From NCBI GenBank assembly GCA_050250895.1, contig JBFWNU010000001.1, positions 3,392,139 to 3,456,138 on the forward strand: a DNA stretch of 64,000 bases, written 5' to 3'. The position numbers and the translations under genes were made by a program. The notes under the pieces were generated by a model. The model searched no databases, was not told where the DNA came from, and saw only the letters and a program-made list of their open reading frames with translations. The first letter of the stretch is position 1. Every line of letters starts with the position of its first letter. The stretch is from Vulcanimicrobiota bacterium (GTDB lineage: Bacteria > Vulcanimicrobiota > Xenobia > Xenobiales > JADMJV01). This document shows, one piece after another, positions 1-9,700 of the stretch.

Positions 1-1071
1 GCTGAGCAAGCTCTCGAAAGCCAGCGGTAACGCGCCCTCGCGTTCGCTAGCAGTTAGACCGTCGCTCGAGACCAGGTCCACCTCTTCGCCACCCTCCTCC
101 GAAACGGCCGTCAAGAACATGGCCAGATTGTGGCCGGCTGCCTCGAGGAAGGGCCACTCGGGCTCAAGAGCGGCGGGGGTCTCGCCCAGCTCGCCCAGAC
201 GGTCGAGGATCTCGCAGACCTGATCGACAGCGTCGGTGAGAATCAGCTCTTTATAGACCGAATCGATTTTCTCGCGCAGGCCTCGGCGACACTGCTCGAG
301 CGAACGTCGAAAGTCGTCGGCGCTGGCTTTACCGTCGGCCAGGCGCCGGCCGGTAGAAAAGACCAGATTGACCCAGGCCACCTCGGTGGGGCCGCCCTGG
401 CCCAGCTCGCGCTCGAGCTGCATGCCCAGCTCGGCAACGAGAGTGTCGGATAGGCGCATCGTCTCTTCGCGAAAGACGCTGGCAAACTCGGCCCGGTCCC
501 CGCCGCTCTCGCCCTTCTTGAGCCCGTCGGCCCACAGGCGACACTCTTCGGCCACGTCGTCGAGAGCGCGCTCCACCACCGCTCGTGATTCGGGGGTTTC
601 GATCCGCTCGAGGGCGCCGGTCAGGCCCGTGCGAAAGGCCGGATACTCCTCGAGCAGAGCGATGGTGTGGCGAGAATGGCCCTGGCCGGCCGCAAAGGCC
701 TCGAGGTGCGTCAGCAGACGATTTAGATAGGGCAACAGGGCTGGGCCCTGGTTGAAACGGTCGGCGTGCTGCTGGCGCGAGGCGCGGATCTGCTCGCGAC
801 ATTGCAGCGCGCGCTGAGCCAACGGTTCGAGCTGCTGCTCGTCAGCCCGGCTCAGTTCGTCGACGGCGGCTCGATAGTCGTCGAGGGCTTCTTCGAGGGC
901 GACGCACTGCTGGGCGGTCAGCTCGGGATTATCCTCTGACTCAGCGGCGAACTGGGTGCAGGCCTGCTCGAGTTGGGGGGCCAGCTGAGCGGCCAGCTCG
1001 TGGACCCTGGCCAGATCCTTGCTCTGGGCGGCGCTGAAAAGGTCGTCGATGGTGATCACTGGTGAAGTCAT
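1..1071 (-). CDS. Hypothetical alpha-helical protein (partial, runs off the left edge)
   Basis: ATG at 1071 (MTSPVITIDDLFSAAQSKDLARVHELAAQLAPQLEQ...). Reads open with genome-typical codons towards the window edge; not in the ORF track, consistent with no stop in the window. Confidence 0.7.
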   Translation of the reverse strand, partial: MTSPVITIDDLFSAAQSKDLARVHELAAQLAPQLEQACTQFAAESEDNPELTAQQCVALEEALDDYRAAVDELSRADEQQLEPLAQRALQCREQIRASRQQHADRFNQGPALLPYLNRLLTHLEAFAAGQGHSRHTIALLEEYPAFRTGLTGALERIETPESRAVVERALDDVAEECRLWADGLKKGESGGDRAEFASVFREETMRLSDTLVAELGMQLERELGQGGPTEVAWVNLVFSTGRRLADGKASADDFRRSLEQCRRGLREKIDSVYKELILTDAVDQVCEILDRLGELGETPAALEPEWPFLEAAGHNLAMFLTAVSEEGGEEVDLVSSDGLTASEREGALPLAFESLLS

Positions 1072-1140
1072 GGCGGAGATTTCTCCGAGGTCGGGACCAA
1101 TCCTACGAGGCTCCCGGCTCTGGTGGGCGAAGCTCTAAAA

Positions 1141-1947
1141 ATGCGCCGGCTGGTCATCTTCGTTTTGCTGTTGTCACAGCTCGGCTGGGCCGACGATGTG
1201 GCCAGCCTGGTCACCGACATGCGGGGGATCGCGCGCGACCTGATCGGGCAGGGGGCGGCGCGCCAGGAATACGAGGAATTCGTCAAGCGCCATCAACTCA
1301 AGGCTCTCTCCTATCCGACCTACATCAAGAACAAGCTGGCCTTCGAGGCCACCCGCGACGCCGGCCTGTGGCACATCGGTTATCGCATCACCGACGAAGA
1401 GCCCAACTCCGACCAGATTTGGAGGCAGTGGCGCCAGCTGTCGCGAGTGGGTAGGGGTCAGGTCACGGCTCAAGCCGAGTGCGACGAACTCTCGGCCCTC
1501 TATGCCTTTCTGGCTCGTAAGTTGGGGGTCAACGGGGTAGGGTTGTTCTGGCCCACCTCAAACCACACCGTGGCCGTTTGGCAACTTACCGACTCGCAGG
1601 GCAGTCCGGTGCGAGTGGTGGTTCCGACGACGCCAATTTTCCTGGGTCGCCATGACGGCTTTGACGCCCGCGGCTTTGATCCGTGGAAGCAAGAGGTGAT
1701 TTACGAGTATGGGCGAGGCGATGCCCCCGATGACTTTCCCCTGGCGCCCGGTCTGACTCGCTTCTTCCTGCAGCAGTTGCGCGACTACGGAGGCGCCTCG
1801 CAAAAGCTTCTGCACGAACTGCGCTACCTGCGTCAAGAAGCGTGGCTGGGCAAGCGTTCTGAGTCAAAGCTCTCGGCCCTGGAACGGCACTTCACCTCGT
1901 CCCCCGACCAGCGCGCCATCGCAGCCTTCAGGCGCAGCTTCCCCTGA
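1141..1947 (+). CDS. Secreted hypothetical protein, possible transglutaminase/papain-like Cys-His fold
   Basis: Sec signal MRRLVIFVLLLSQLGWA; motifs AECDELSALYAFLARKLGV and NHTVAVW resemble a transglutaminase-like core. Confidence 0.6.
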   Translation: MRRLVIFVLLLSQLGWADDVASLVTDMRGIARDLIGQGAARQEYEEFVKRHQLKALSYPTYIKNKLAFEATRDAGLWHIGYRITDEEPNSDQIWRQWRQLSRVGRGQVTAQAECDELSALYAFLARKLGVNGVGLFWPTSNHTVAVWQLTDSQGSPVRVVVPTTPIFLGRHDGFDARGFDPWKQEVIYEYGRGDAPDDFPLAPGLTRFFLQQLRDYGGASQKLLHELRYLRQEAWLGKRSESKLSALERHFTSSPDQRAIAAFRRSFP

Positions 1948-1981
1948 AGGCTCCGGCCCCGAGCATGAGGAATGGAGCGCC

Positions 1982-4093
1982 ATGCGTTCCCAGGCTCCCC
2001 GGATACCGGGGGTGGAGCTGCTCGATGAGTTAGGGGCGGGGGCTCGCAACCTGGTCTTTCGCGGGCGCCGCCGCGGCCGGGAGGCGGCCATCAAGCTTCC
2101 CCGGCGACGCCATGAGCCCGAGCAGACCTACGAGGAGTATCGCCGCGAGGCCGGCCTTCAGGCCCGCGTGCGAGGGGCCGGTCTGCCCGAGGTTTACGAG
2201 GTGGGACGCAGCGGGGCCACTCCATTCCTGGTGAGCGAGTTTGTCGAGGGCGTCTCCCTGGCGGAAAAGCTCAAGAGTGGTCCGCTCTCTAGCGAGCAAG
2301 TGCGGCGCCTGGCGATGGAATTGGCCCAAACCCTGGGGGTTGTCCACGAGCGCGGGCTGGTCCATCGCGACGTCAAGCCCTCCAACGTCATGTTGACCCC
2401 TGAGGGTCGGGCCCGCCTGATCGATTTTGGATTGGCCAGCCGCTCCTATTTGCAAGAGCACGGCACTCTCACCGGTACTTTCCTCTACGCCGCCCCCGAG
2501 CAGACCGGCATGCTCTGCCGGGCCGTCGATGGCCGAGCCGATCTCTACTCCTTGGGAGCCTTGCTCTTCGAATGTCTTACCGGGGCACCGCCCTTCAAGG
2601 CCAACGATGCGGCCGAACTCATCCGGCTGCACGCGGTAGCGCCGGTGCCGCCTTTGAGCAGTCTTTGTGCGGCCCCGGCCGACCTGGTGACCATCGTCGA
2701 GAAGCTGCTGGCCAAAGATCCCGACGATCGGTTCGAGAACGCCTGGAAGTTGCTGAACTCGCTGGGGGTGCTGGCCGAGGTACCCATCGAGAGTGTCTTT
2801 CTGGGCAGAGATCAAGAGCTCGCTCGGCTCGAAAAGGAGTGGGGTCGCGCCCTGGAGGGTCGAGGCCGGATGGGCGTGATCGCTGGCGAGTCAGGTTGCG
2901 GCAAAACGATGTTGGTCGAGACCTTCGCGCGTGGATGCAGCCGCCACCTGGTGCTGCGGGGCAAGTGCGATCCCACCCGTACCAACCCGTTTGCTCTCTT
3001 GCTCGAACTCTTTTCGGATCTGCCCCAGACACCCGAAGTGGCCCGGGCCGCGGGCGAGAGCGCGCGACTGCTGGCCGGCTTCTCGCCGCGGTTGGCCTGG
3101 CTCGAGCCCGACGGCCAGGCCCCTGGCGAAGTGGACCCGGCCCAGTATTATCAGGTGTTGACCGATTTTTGGCTAGCCCTGGCCCGCCAGCCTCTGCTGG
3201 TGGTGATCGACGATCTCCAGTGGCTGGACCCGTCGAGCGCGCAGATCCTCAAGCGGGTGATGGAAAGCCTGGCTCGCACTCGCTGCCTGCTGCTGGCTAC
3301 CCACCGCAACCCGGAGTCGAGCGAATTCGAGAATCTCGTCCTCTGTCGCCTGGCTCCTTTGACGGCGAGCCAGACCGAGCAACTGGTGACCGAATTGCTC
3401 GGGGCGCCACCTGAAGCAAATCTGATCGAGCAGGTCATTTTGGCCGCCGGTGGCAACCCGCTGGCCACCGTGGCTACAGTCGAGGCCGCGCTCGACGCGG
3501 GCGTTTTCGTGCCGCATTGGGGCGGCTGGCGAGTCGAGAGCGAGGGACTGACAGCGCTGGAGCTGTCGGGCGACGTGATGGAGTTGGTCCTGCGCCGGCT
3601 CGACCACCTTGCTCCCGAGCAGCGTCGGGTGCTCGAGGCGGCCGCGGTTTTGGGCCTGCGCTTCGAGTCCGGACTGTTGCGAGAAGTCACCCGTTGTGCC
3701 GAAGAAGAGCTGTACACCGTGCTGGCCGAGGCCTGTCGATTGAGGCTGCTAGAAGCGCATCCGGGTGGAATTTATCGGTTCGTGCATGATCGCGTTCGCG
3801 AGGCTCTATCTGGCCTCGACGAGGAGCTTCGACGAGAGCTTCACCTACGGGCGGCGCGAGCGCTGGCCGACCAGCCCGCCAATCTTTTCGCCCGGGCCGA
3901 ACACTACTGGTCGGCCACCGCCGGGCAGCCAGACGCGGCCACCGCCCAGGCGTGCGAGCAGGCCGCGAGTCTGGCCCTGGAGCGAGCCGCAGCCGACGAA
4001 GCCTATCTGTTTTTTACGCGCGCCGAGAGCAGCCGTCCCCCGGGCATCGAGGTAACGGCCGCCTATCAGCAGTCCTTTGGCGAAGCTTGCTAA
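1982..4093 (+). CDS. Ser/Thr protein kinase + AAA ATPase; N-terminal part of an interrupted kinase-AAA-TPR-GAF-GGDEF gene
   Basis: HRDVKPSN, DFG, APE kinase motifs; Walker A GESGCGKT; Walker B VVIDDLQW; FVHDRVRE. Ends at TAA 4091-4093, in frame with the next ORF. Confidence 0.85.
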   Translation: MRSQAPRIPGVELLDELGAGARNLVFRGRRRGREAAIKLPRRRHEPEQTYEEYRREAGLQARVRGAGLPEVYEVGRSGATPFLVSEFVEGVSLAEKLKSGPLSSEQVRRLAMELAQTLGVVHERGLVHRDVKPSNVMLTPEGRARLIDFGLASRSYLQEHGTLTGTFLYAAPEQTGMLCRAVDGRADLYSLGALLFECLTGAPPFKANDAAELIRLHAVAPVPPLSSLCAAPADLVTIVEKLLAKDPDDRFENAWKLLNSLGVLAEVPIESVFLGRDQELARLEKEWGRALEGRGRMGVIAGESGCGKTMLVETFARGCSRHLVLRGKCDPTRTNPFALLLELFSDLPQTPEVARAAGESARLLAGFSPRLAWLEPDGQAPGEVDPAQYYQVLTDFWLALARQPLLVVIDDLQWLDPSSAQILKRVMESLARTRCLLLATHRNPESSEFENLVLCRLAPLTASQTEQLVTELLGAPPEANLIEQVILAAGGNPLATVATVEAALDAGVFVPHWGGWRVESEGLTALELSGDVMELVLRRLDHLAPEQRRVLEAAAVLGLRFESGLLREVTRCAEEELYTVLAEACRLRLLEAHPGGIYRFVHDRVREALSGLDEELRRELHLRAARALADQPANLFARAEHYWSATAGQPDAATAQACEQAASLALERAAADEAYLFFTRAESSRPPGIEVTAAYQQSFGEAC

Positions 4094-4117
4094 CGGTCGG
4101 GTCACTTTCAGGAGGGG

Positions 4118-6928
4118 ATGCGACGCCTGAGCGCGGCCCTGGAAAAATCCCAGGACCCCCTCTCTCGAGCCGAGACCCACCGCCAGCTGGCCCTGCTCAA
4201 CGTCACCTTTGGCGACAGCACTCGAGCCGTGGCTCATCTGCGCTCGGCCTTTGCCGAGCTGGGTATTCGCAAGGCCGCCAGTCCCTTCGGGCGAGCCCTT
4301 TCTTCGGTTGGTCATCTGCTCGGCTTCGGGGCGAACCGGGTGCCGGCCGAAGCGGGCATTCGCCTGGCCGTGGTGGCTTGCCGGGCTTGCCTGGCCGAAG
4401 GCCATGTGGGGGAGGCGATCGAGGCCCTGGCGGTGGGCACGAAACTAGCTCGTCGCGTCGAGCTTTGCCCCTCGCTGGTGCTGCTCACCAGCATGCAGGC
4501 CGTGGCTCTGGCCGGGGGCGGCTGGTTGGGTGCCGCCGAGCGGCGCCAGGCTCAGGCCGAGCGAATGGCCGAGCAATTGGGCGACCCCAGTGTGCAGGCG
4601 CAGCTGGGGCTGACCCGCACTTTCTACCTCCGCACCCGCGGCGATGAAGTCGCGGCCGCCGCCAACAGCGAAGAGTGTCTGTTGGAACGAGGGGCCTGGC
4701 TGGCCACCCCCGACTATCTCTTGATGTGCGGCGATCTGGCCCACAACCTGCACTTTCGCGGCTTGCCCGGACCCTCGCGCGACTGGTTGGATTTCAGCGT
4801 GAAGAGAGCTCGCCACGAGAACTATCCTTTCACCGTCATCGGCCCCATCGCGCCCACCATGGCCATGCTCGGGCGTCCGGCCGAGGCCCGCGACCAGCTC
4901 GAGCGGAACAACCCGCCCGCCGATGCTTCTCCGTTGCGTTTGGCCACCCATCTCGAGGCGAGATTGCACCTGCTGTTGGAGAGCGGTGAACTCGGCCAGG
5001 AAGCCGACCGCATCATCGAAGAGTTCGATAACCTGGGGCTCTACATCCAGACCGCCCCCATCCAGGTGCGAGCCTTCTTCATTCTGGAAGGGTATGCTAG
5101 GCTGCGGCAGAGCGAGGCGGGTCCGATTCGCCATCAAGAACTCAAGAAGGCCTTGGGCCGGCTGGCGCGGGATCGCAAATTGCCTCTCTTCCGGGCCAGT
5201 CATGACGCGATCGAGGCGGGTTATGAGCGTCTCTGCGGCCGGCTTGGGCGAGCCGAGCGGCTGCTGATCAAAGCTGACGAGCTGGCCCGGCGCCACGACA
5301 ACCTGGTGGTGCGCGTCGAAGTGGCCCGTCAGCGCGCCTGGATTCTTCAAGCTCGAGGCCACCAGCAAGCCGCCTGGCGAGAGGCCCGTCTGGCCGCTTC
5401 GATGGCCGCCGAGGTCGGTTGGCTGTCGGCGGCCCAGACGCTCGAGCGACAGTTCGGATTAGAACGCCGTTCTGCAAGCTTCGACAGCTCCGGCTCGGGG
5501 TCGTCCCAGAGTGCCATGACCCTCCGGCTGCAACGCCATCTGGAGGCTTTGCTCGAGGTGACCTCGGCGGCTCATCAAACCTTCGATCCGGTGGCGCTCG
5601 GGCAGCTGATGCTCAAAGAGTTGCTGCGCCTGTTCGGAGCCGAGCGGGCCTATCTTTTTCTCGACGAACGGGGCCAGTTGACGTTTCAGGCCGGTCTTTC
5701 CTCGGCGGGGCAAACCTTGGAGGCCGGCGGTGACTACAGCCGCACCGTCATCGAGCGGGTGGCCCGCACCGGCGAGCCGCTGCTGCTGAGCGGCACCGAC
5801 GAGGGCGAAGTGCTGGGCTCGGCCAGCGTAGTGGCCCACGACCTGCGCAGCATTGTGGCCGTGCCCCTGGCTTTGCGCGATCGTTCGCTGGGTGTGGTCT
5901 ATCTTGATAGCCGCCTGGCTCGGGGCGTGTTCGGGCCCGATGACGTCAGCATCTTGCAGGCCCTGGCCTATCAGGTGGCCGTCACTCTCGAGATGGCCCG
6001 ATCGGCCAGCCTGGAAGTGCAGGTGCGGGCCGAGCGCGAGCAACGTCGCCTGGCCGAGCAGTTGAGCGAGTTCATCGGCACCATCCTTCCGCTTTTGGAG
6101 CAAGAGGCAATCCTCGCTTGCACTCTGGATCTGCTCGAATCGCTCACCGGCTATGAGTCGGCCTATGTGATGTTGGCAACGGCCGGCCAGTTCGAGGCGG
6201 GACCGGTTCGCGGCCAGCCTGTCTCGAGCCTCGAGGGCGCACCTCTCGAGTTGGTGGGCGAGGGTGTCTCGCTTTTCTCTGCCTGGCTCAAAGGCGGTCG
6301 TAGCCGCCTGGGAATGGTGGTGCTCGAGCGGGCCAGTGACCGCCCCTTCACTCGGCGGGAACAAGAGTTGACCCTGGCCTGTTTGGGCTACGCCGGCATG
6401 GCCATCGAGAACGCCAGGCTGTTCGCCGACGTCGAACGGCTGGCCACCACCGACGAGTTGACCGGGGCCAACAATCGGCGCCACTTTTTCGCTCGAGCCG
6501 AAGAGGAGTTCCGGCGCGCCGACCGATTGGGCCATAGCCTCTGTCTGGCTCTGTTCGACATCGACCACTTCAAGAAGTTCAACGATACCTACGGCCACGC
6601 GGTGGGCGACCTGGTCTTGAGCACCACCTCGAAGCGCTGCCAGGCTTGTTTGCGTAGCATCGACATCATGGGTCGGTATGGTGGTGAGGAGTTCGCCGTG
6701 GTATTGGTGGGCACCGGGCTAGACGACGCCGTGGCCACGGCCGACCGCTTGCGCAGAGCGGTTGGCGACGAACCGTTCGACACTCCTCACGGCCCGTTAC
6801 AGGTGAGCATCAGCCTGGGCGTGGCTCTACGCGGCTCGGATGAGGCCGTGGAGACGGTGCTGGAACGAGCCGACCAGGCCCTCTATCGGGCTAAGGATGC
6901 GGGGCGGAATCGCGTCGAGCGCGGCTAG
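4118..6928 (+). CDS. TPR-like/GAF/GAF/GGDEF diguanylate cyclase; C-terminal part of the interrupted gene
   Basis: GAF (LRSIVAVPL...GVVYLDSR); DELTG, DIDHFKKFNDTYGH, RYGGEEF, RxxD I-site (RSID). Same frame as 1982..4093. Confidence 0.85.
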   Translation: MRRLSAALEKSQDPLSRAETHRQLALLNVTFGDSTRAVAHLRSAFAELGIRKAASPFGRALSSVGHLLGFGANRVPAEAGIRLAVVACRACLAEGHVGEAIEALAVGTKLARRVELCPSLVLLTSMQAVALAGGGWLGAAERRQAQAERMAEQLGDPSVQAQLGLTRTFYLRTRGDEVAAAANSEECLLERGAWLATPDYLLMCGDLAHNLHFRGLPGPSRDWLDFSVKRARHENYPFTVIGPIAPTMAMLGRPAEARDQLERNNPPADASPLRLATHLEARLHLLLESGELGQEADRIIEEFDNLGLYIQTAPIQVRAFFILEGYARLRQSEAGPIRHQELKKALGRLARDRKLPLFRASHDAIEAGYERLCGRLGRAERLLIKADELARRHDNLVVRVEVARQRAWILQARGHQQAAWREARLAASMAAEVGWLSAAQTLERQFGLERRSASFDSSGSGSSQSAMTLRLQRHLEALLEVTSAAHQTFDPVALGQLMLKELLRLFGAERAYLFLDERGQLTFQAGLSSAGQTLEAGGDYSRTVIERVARTGEPLLLSGTDEGEVLGSASVVAHDLRSIVAVPLALRDRSLGVVYLDSRLARGVFGPDDVSILQALAYQVAVTLEMARSASLEVQVRAEREQRRLAEQLSEFIGTILPLLEQEAILACTLDLLESLTGYESAYVMLATAGQFEAGPVRGQPVSSLEGAPLELVGEGVSLFSAWLKGGRSRLGMVVLERASDRPFTRREQELTLACLGYAGMAIENARLFADVERLATTDELTGANNRRHFFARAEEEFRRADRLGHSLCLALFDIDHFKKFNDTYGHAVGDLVLSTTSKRCQACLRSIDIMGRYGGEEFAVVLVGTGLDDAVATADRLRRAVGDEPFDTPHGPLQVSISLGVALRGSDEAVETVLERADQALYRAKDAGRNRVERG

Positions 6929-7712
6929 CCGACCACTGGTCGATCATCACCAGCGTGGCCAGCCAGGCCATGCCCGTGGCCCAGCCGGCGGCCACATCCG
7001 AAGGGTAGTGAACCCCCAGCACCAGACGGCTGGTTCCCACAAAACAACCCACGCTCACCAGAACGGTCGACAGAGCCATCCAGCGCTCGCGAAGACGGCT
7101 GCGTAGCAGGTAGGCCAGCAGCCCATAGATGAGAATCGAGGCCGCCGCATGCCCGCTGGGAAAACTGAAGTTCGACTCGGTCAGCAGGGGCTGATCGAAT
7201 TGGGGTCGCTCGCGCTGATAGATCATCTTGAGCACCTGCACCAACAGGCCGTTGCCGAGCAGTCCGACCACCCACAGGGTCAGGGCCCGTTTGTGCTTGG
7301 TAAACAGGAAGAACAAACCCACCCCGAAGCCCAGCAGATAGCTCATCTCGCGTCCCGCCAGGAAGGTTACCACCCGAAAAAAGTGGACCTCGAAGGGGCT
7401 GGCCTGGTGATGAGCCGCGTGTACGAAGGCCAGATCCCAATCGTCCACCCACTCACCCTCGGTGACCCAGTCGGCCAGGTGTAGAAAGGCCGAACTGGCC
7501 AGAAACAGACCCAGCAGAGCCAGGCCCGAAGCGGTTAACAGGCGTTTCAAGACAGGCTGCAGTACTTTTGGAGCCTGCCAACTCTCCAGGCGGGGCCAGA
7601 TGCTGGTCAGCAGGCGATAGGCCGAGAAAATGACCAGAAGCAGCATCAGGGTCATCAGCAGAGCGGTCTCGAAAGGGTGCCCCCCCAGCAGTTTGGCTAG
7701 ATCCTCTATCAT
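6891..7712 (-). CDS. PAP2 family membrane phosphatase
   Basis: K..YQRERP, SFPSGH, SRLVLGVHYPSDV motifs and TM helices. Start MIEDLAK overlaps the upstream gene's stop. Confidence 0.9.
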   Translation of the reverse strand: MIEDLAKLLGGHPFETALLMTLMLLLVIFSAYRLLTSIWPRLESWQAPKVLQPVLKRLLTASGLALLGLFLASSAFLHLADWVTEGEWVDDWDLAFVHAAHHQASPFEVHFFRVVTFLAGREMSYLLGFGVGLFFLFTKHKRALTLWVVGLLGNGLLVQVLKMIYQRERPQFDQPLLTESNFSFPSGHAAASILIYGLLAYLLRSRLRERWMALSTVLVSVGCFVGTSRLVLGVHYPSDVAAGWATGMAWLATLVMIDQWSASRARRDSAPHP

Positions 7713-8653
7713 GCGGCGCGTGCCTGTTCCTGTTGAGGCTCCGCTTGGCGAACTCCCTGCCACAGGGTGTGATAGATGATCAGCCCATAGACAGCCGGGA
7801 GGATGACGTCGACCACTCGAAAGACGGCCGTGGCCACGGCAGCCTGGTTGAGAGACAAGGAGGTCTTTTGAGCCATGAAGGCGACCATCCCGGCCTCGGT
7901 CACGCCAGCCCCGGCCGGCAGAGGAGAAAGCCGTCCCAGCAGGGTGGGAATCACGAAGGCCGCGGCCAGCGGCCACGGCTCGAAGGGCAAGTCGAGCGCG
8001 TAGACCACCAGAAATAGGTTACCCACGCTGGTCAGGTTGGCGAGCGTGGTCCAGAAAAGGGACCAGCCCAGCACTCTACGGTCCCACAGCAGGGCCATGG
8101 CTTCGAAGAAGTTGTTGCAGCGATCCTCGGGCAGGACCTTGCGCAGGCCACCTTTGATCCAGGCTCGACTCTTCTCGATGGCCAGCACGGTGATGAGGGC
8201 GAGCAACAGCAGGCTCAAGACCACCGCCGGGATGCGAAGCTGGGGATACCAGTAGCAGAGCACGATTCCGGTCACCAACAAAAAGAACTGGTCGAGCCCG
8301 CTGTTGGCCAGTACGGGGCCAGCGGTTTTCTCGACCGGCACGCCCAGCTGGCTCATGGTGGCCGCGCGAAAAGCCACCCCACCGGGCAGCAGGCTGGCGG
8401 CCTGGCTGCCGGCATAACCCCACAACACCGAACGCCTGTCGACTTCGGTGACGGCCTCCATCAGGATGCAGAACCGGGCCGCCTTGGCCAACAGATAGAC
8501 GGCCGATAGGAAGACCATCAAGCCCAGGCTAGACCAGCTGAAGTGCTGCCAGGCCGAGCGCATCGCCTGGGCGTCGAGATACTTGAACCCGGCCACGAAG
8601 ACACCCACCAGGGTCAACACCGATAGAACGCGATTGAGGGTAGTGGTGTTCAT
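7709..8653 (-). CDS. Lysylphosphatidylglycerol synthase TM-region / flippase-like protein (UPF0104)
   Basis: Multi-TM protein with LLPGG and PLPAGAGVTEAGM...FR motifs; GGAG RBS before ATG 8653. Confidence 0.8.
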   Translation of the reverse strand: MNTTTLNRVLSVLTLVGVFVAGFKYLDAQAMRSAWQHFSWSSLGLMVFLSAVYLLAKAARFCILMEAVTEVDRRSVLWGYAGSQAASLLPGGVAFRAATMSQLGVPVEKTAGPVLANSGLDQFFLLVTGIVLCYWYPQLRIPAVVLSLLLLALITVLAIEKSRAWIKGGLRKVLPEDRCNNFFEAMALLWDRRVLGWSLFWTTLANLTSVGNLFLVVYALDLPFEPWPLAAAFVIPTLLGRLSPLPAGAGVTEAGMVAFMAQKTSLSLNQAAVATAVFRVVDVILPAVYGLIIYHTLWQGVRQAEPQQEQARAA

Positions 8654-9555
8654 CGCTCCTCCGGCAGCCACAGTTCCAGGGCGGCGGGCAAGACGTCGAC
8701 CGTCACCCACAGGCCCCCATTGGGGTCCTCGGGTAGTTGCCAAAACTCGGCGTCGTGGTGGATCGGAAAGCCGTTCCACAAGAATTCGAGTTGGCTCACC
8801 GAGTCGCTGCGGACACTCTCACATTGAGGAGTCTCGTCGGCCGCCAGGGCCCGTAAATAGGTCAGATACGACTCGCGTTCAGACTCTTTCACCCGGATGA
8901 TCTCCAGGCGACCGTCGTCAATTTTTGCATGCGGAGCCAGACCCAACCGGGGACCCACGGCGTTGGTATTCATAGCCTCGAGCAACAGGTACGGGCCTTC
9001 CTCTTCCCGGCCGTCCAGGCGAATACGCTGGCAGCTGGACGGGGATTCGAGCAAGACTTCGGCCAGGGTAGCCGCCCCCCGCAGAACGCTCTTGCCATTG
9101 TCAGGGCGATAGCGCGAGAGCGACTCGGCGTAAAGACCGAAGCCGCCGCCTTCGAGGAAAAAGCAGTCCCCCCAGGGAGCCTGAATGCGCCCCACATCCA
9201 TCGGTTGGCGGCGCGGGTTGGCCAGACCGGCCAGCACTTCAAATGGGTCGCCCATCACTCCCAGGGCATGCCCGACATTGTTGGCCGTGCCGTTGGGGAC
9301 GAGCGCCAGCGGGATCTTCTTGCCGATGAGTCGGGTGGCTACCGCCCGCAGCGTCCCGTCGCCCCCTACCGCGACCACCAGACCCTTGGCTTCGGGCAGG
9401 ATCTGGTCGAGGTCGTGTTCGGTGCGAGTGGCTCGGTAGACGGGCTCAAAGCCTGCCTTCTCCAGAGCCTGCTGATATTGCTTGGATTGGTCTTCGGCGC
9501 TTCCGCCAGCGTTCGGGTTATAGATCAGCAAAGCTTCCTTGGGGGTGGTAGGCAA
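8650..9555 (-). CDS. Diacylglycerol kinase family lipid kinase (YegS/BmrU-like)
   Basis: IYNPNAG, GGDGT, GTANN, DDGRLE motifs. Confidence 0.9.
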   Translation of the reverse strand: MPTTPKEALLIYNPNAGGSAEDQSKQYQQALEKAGFEPVYRATRTEHDLDQILPEAKGLVVAVGGDGTLRAVATRLIGKKIPLALVPNGTANNVGHALGVMGDPFEVLAGLANPRRQPMDVGRIQAPWGDCFFLEGGGFGLYAESLSRYRPDNGKSVLRGAATLAEVLLESPSSCQRIRLDGREEEGPYLLLEAMNTNAVGPRLGLAPHAKIDDGRLEIIRVKESERESYLTYLRALAADETPQCESVRSDSVSQLEFLWNGFPIHHDAEFWQLPEDPNGGLWVTVDVLPAALELWLPEER

Positions 9556-9649
9556 CTCGATATCCTCGCATCAAAGGTTCTCTACTCAGGCTACCTGGAC
9601 GGGCCCCCTTCGACTATACCCAGCGGGTGAATGCCCCCCCATCCTGGTG

Positions 9650-9679
9650 GAGAGCCCCGGCTGTTACACCGGGGCTCTC
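9650..9679 (-). terminator. Stem-loop downstream of sodA
   Basis: GAGAGCCCCGG-N8-CCGGGGCTCTC inverted repeat about 20 nt after the sodA stop. Confidence 0.55.
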
Positions 9680-9700
9680 TGGGCCTTTGACGGAACTTGA

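Noticed and set aside
1141-1947. Candidate for the missing lasso B2 peptidase
   Set aside because: It has a Sec signal peptide, lies over 20 kb from the precursors and does not show the B2 motif layout.
4091-4093. Programmed readthrough or recoded stop
   Set aside because: TAA is used as a normal stop elsewhere in the window and no recoding signal is evident.
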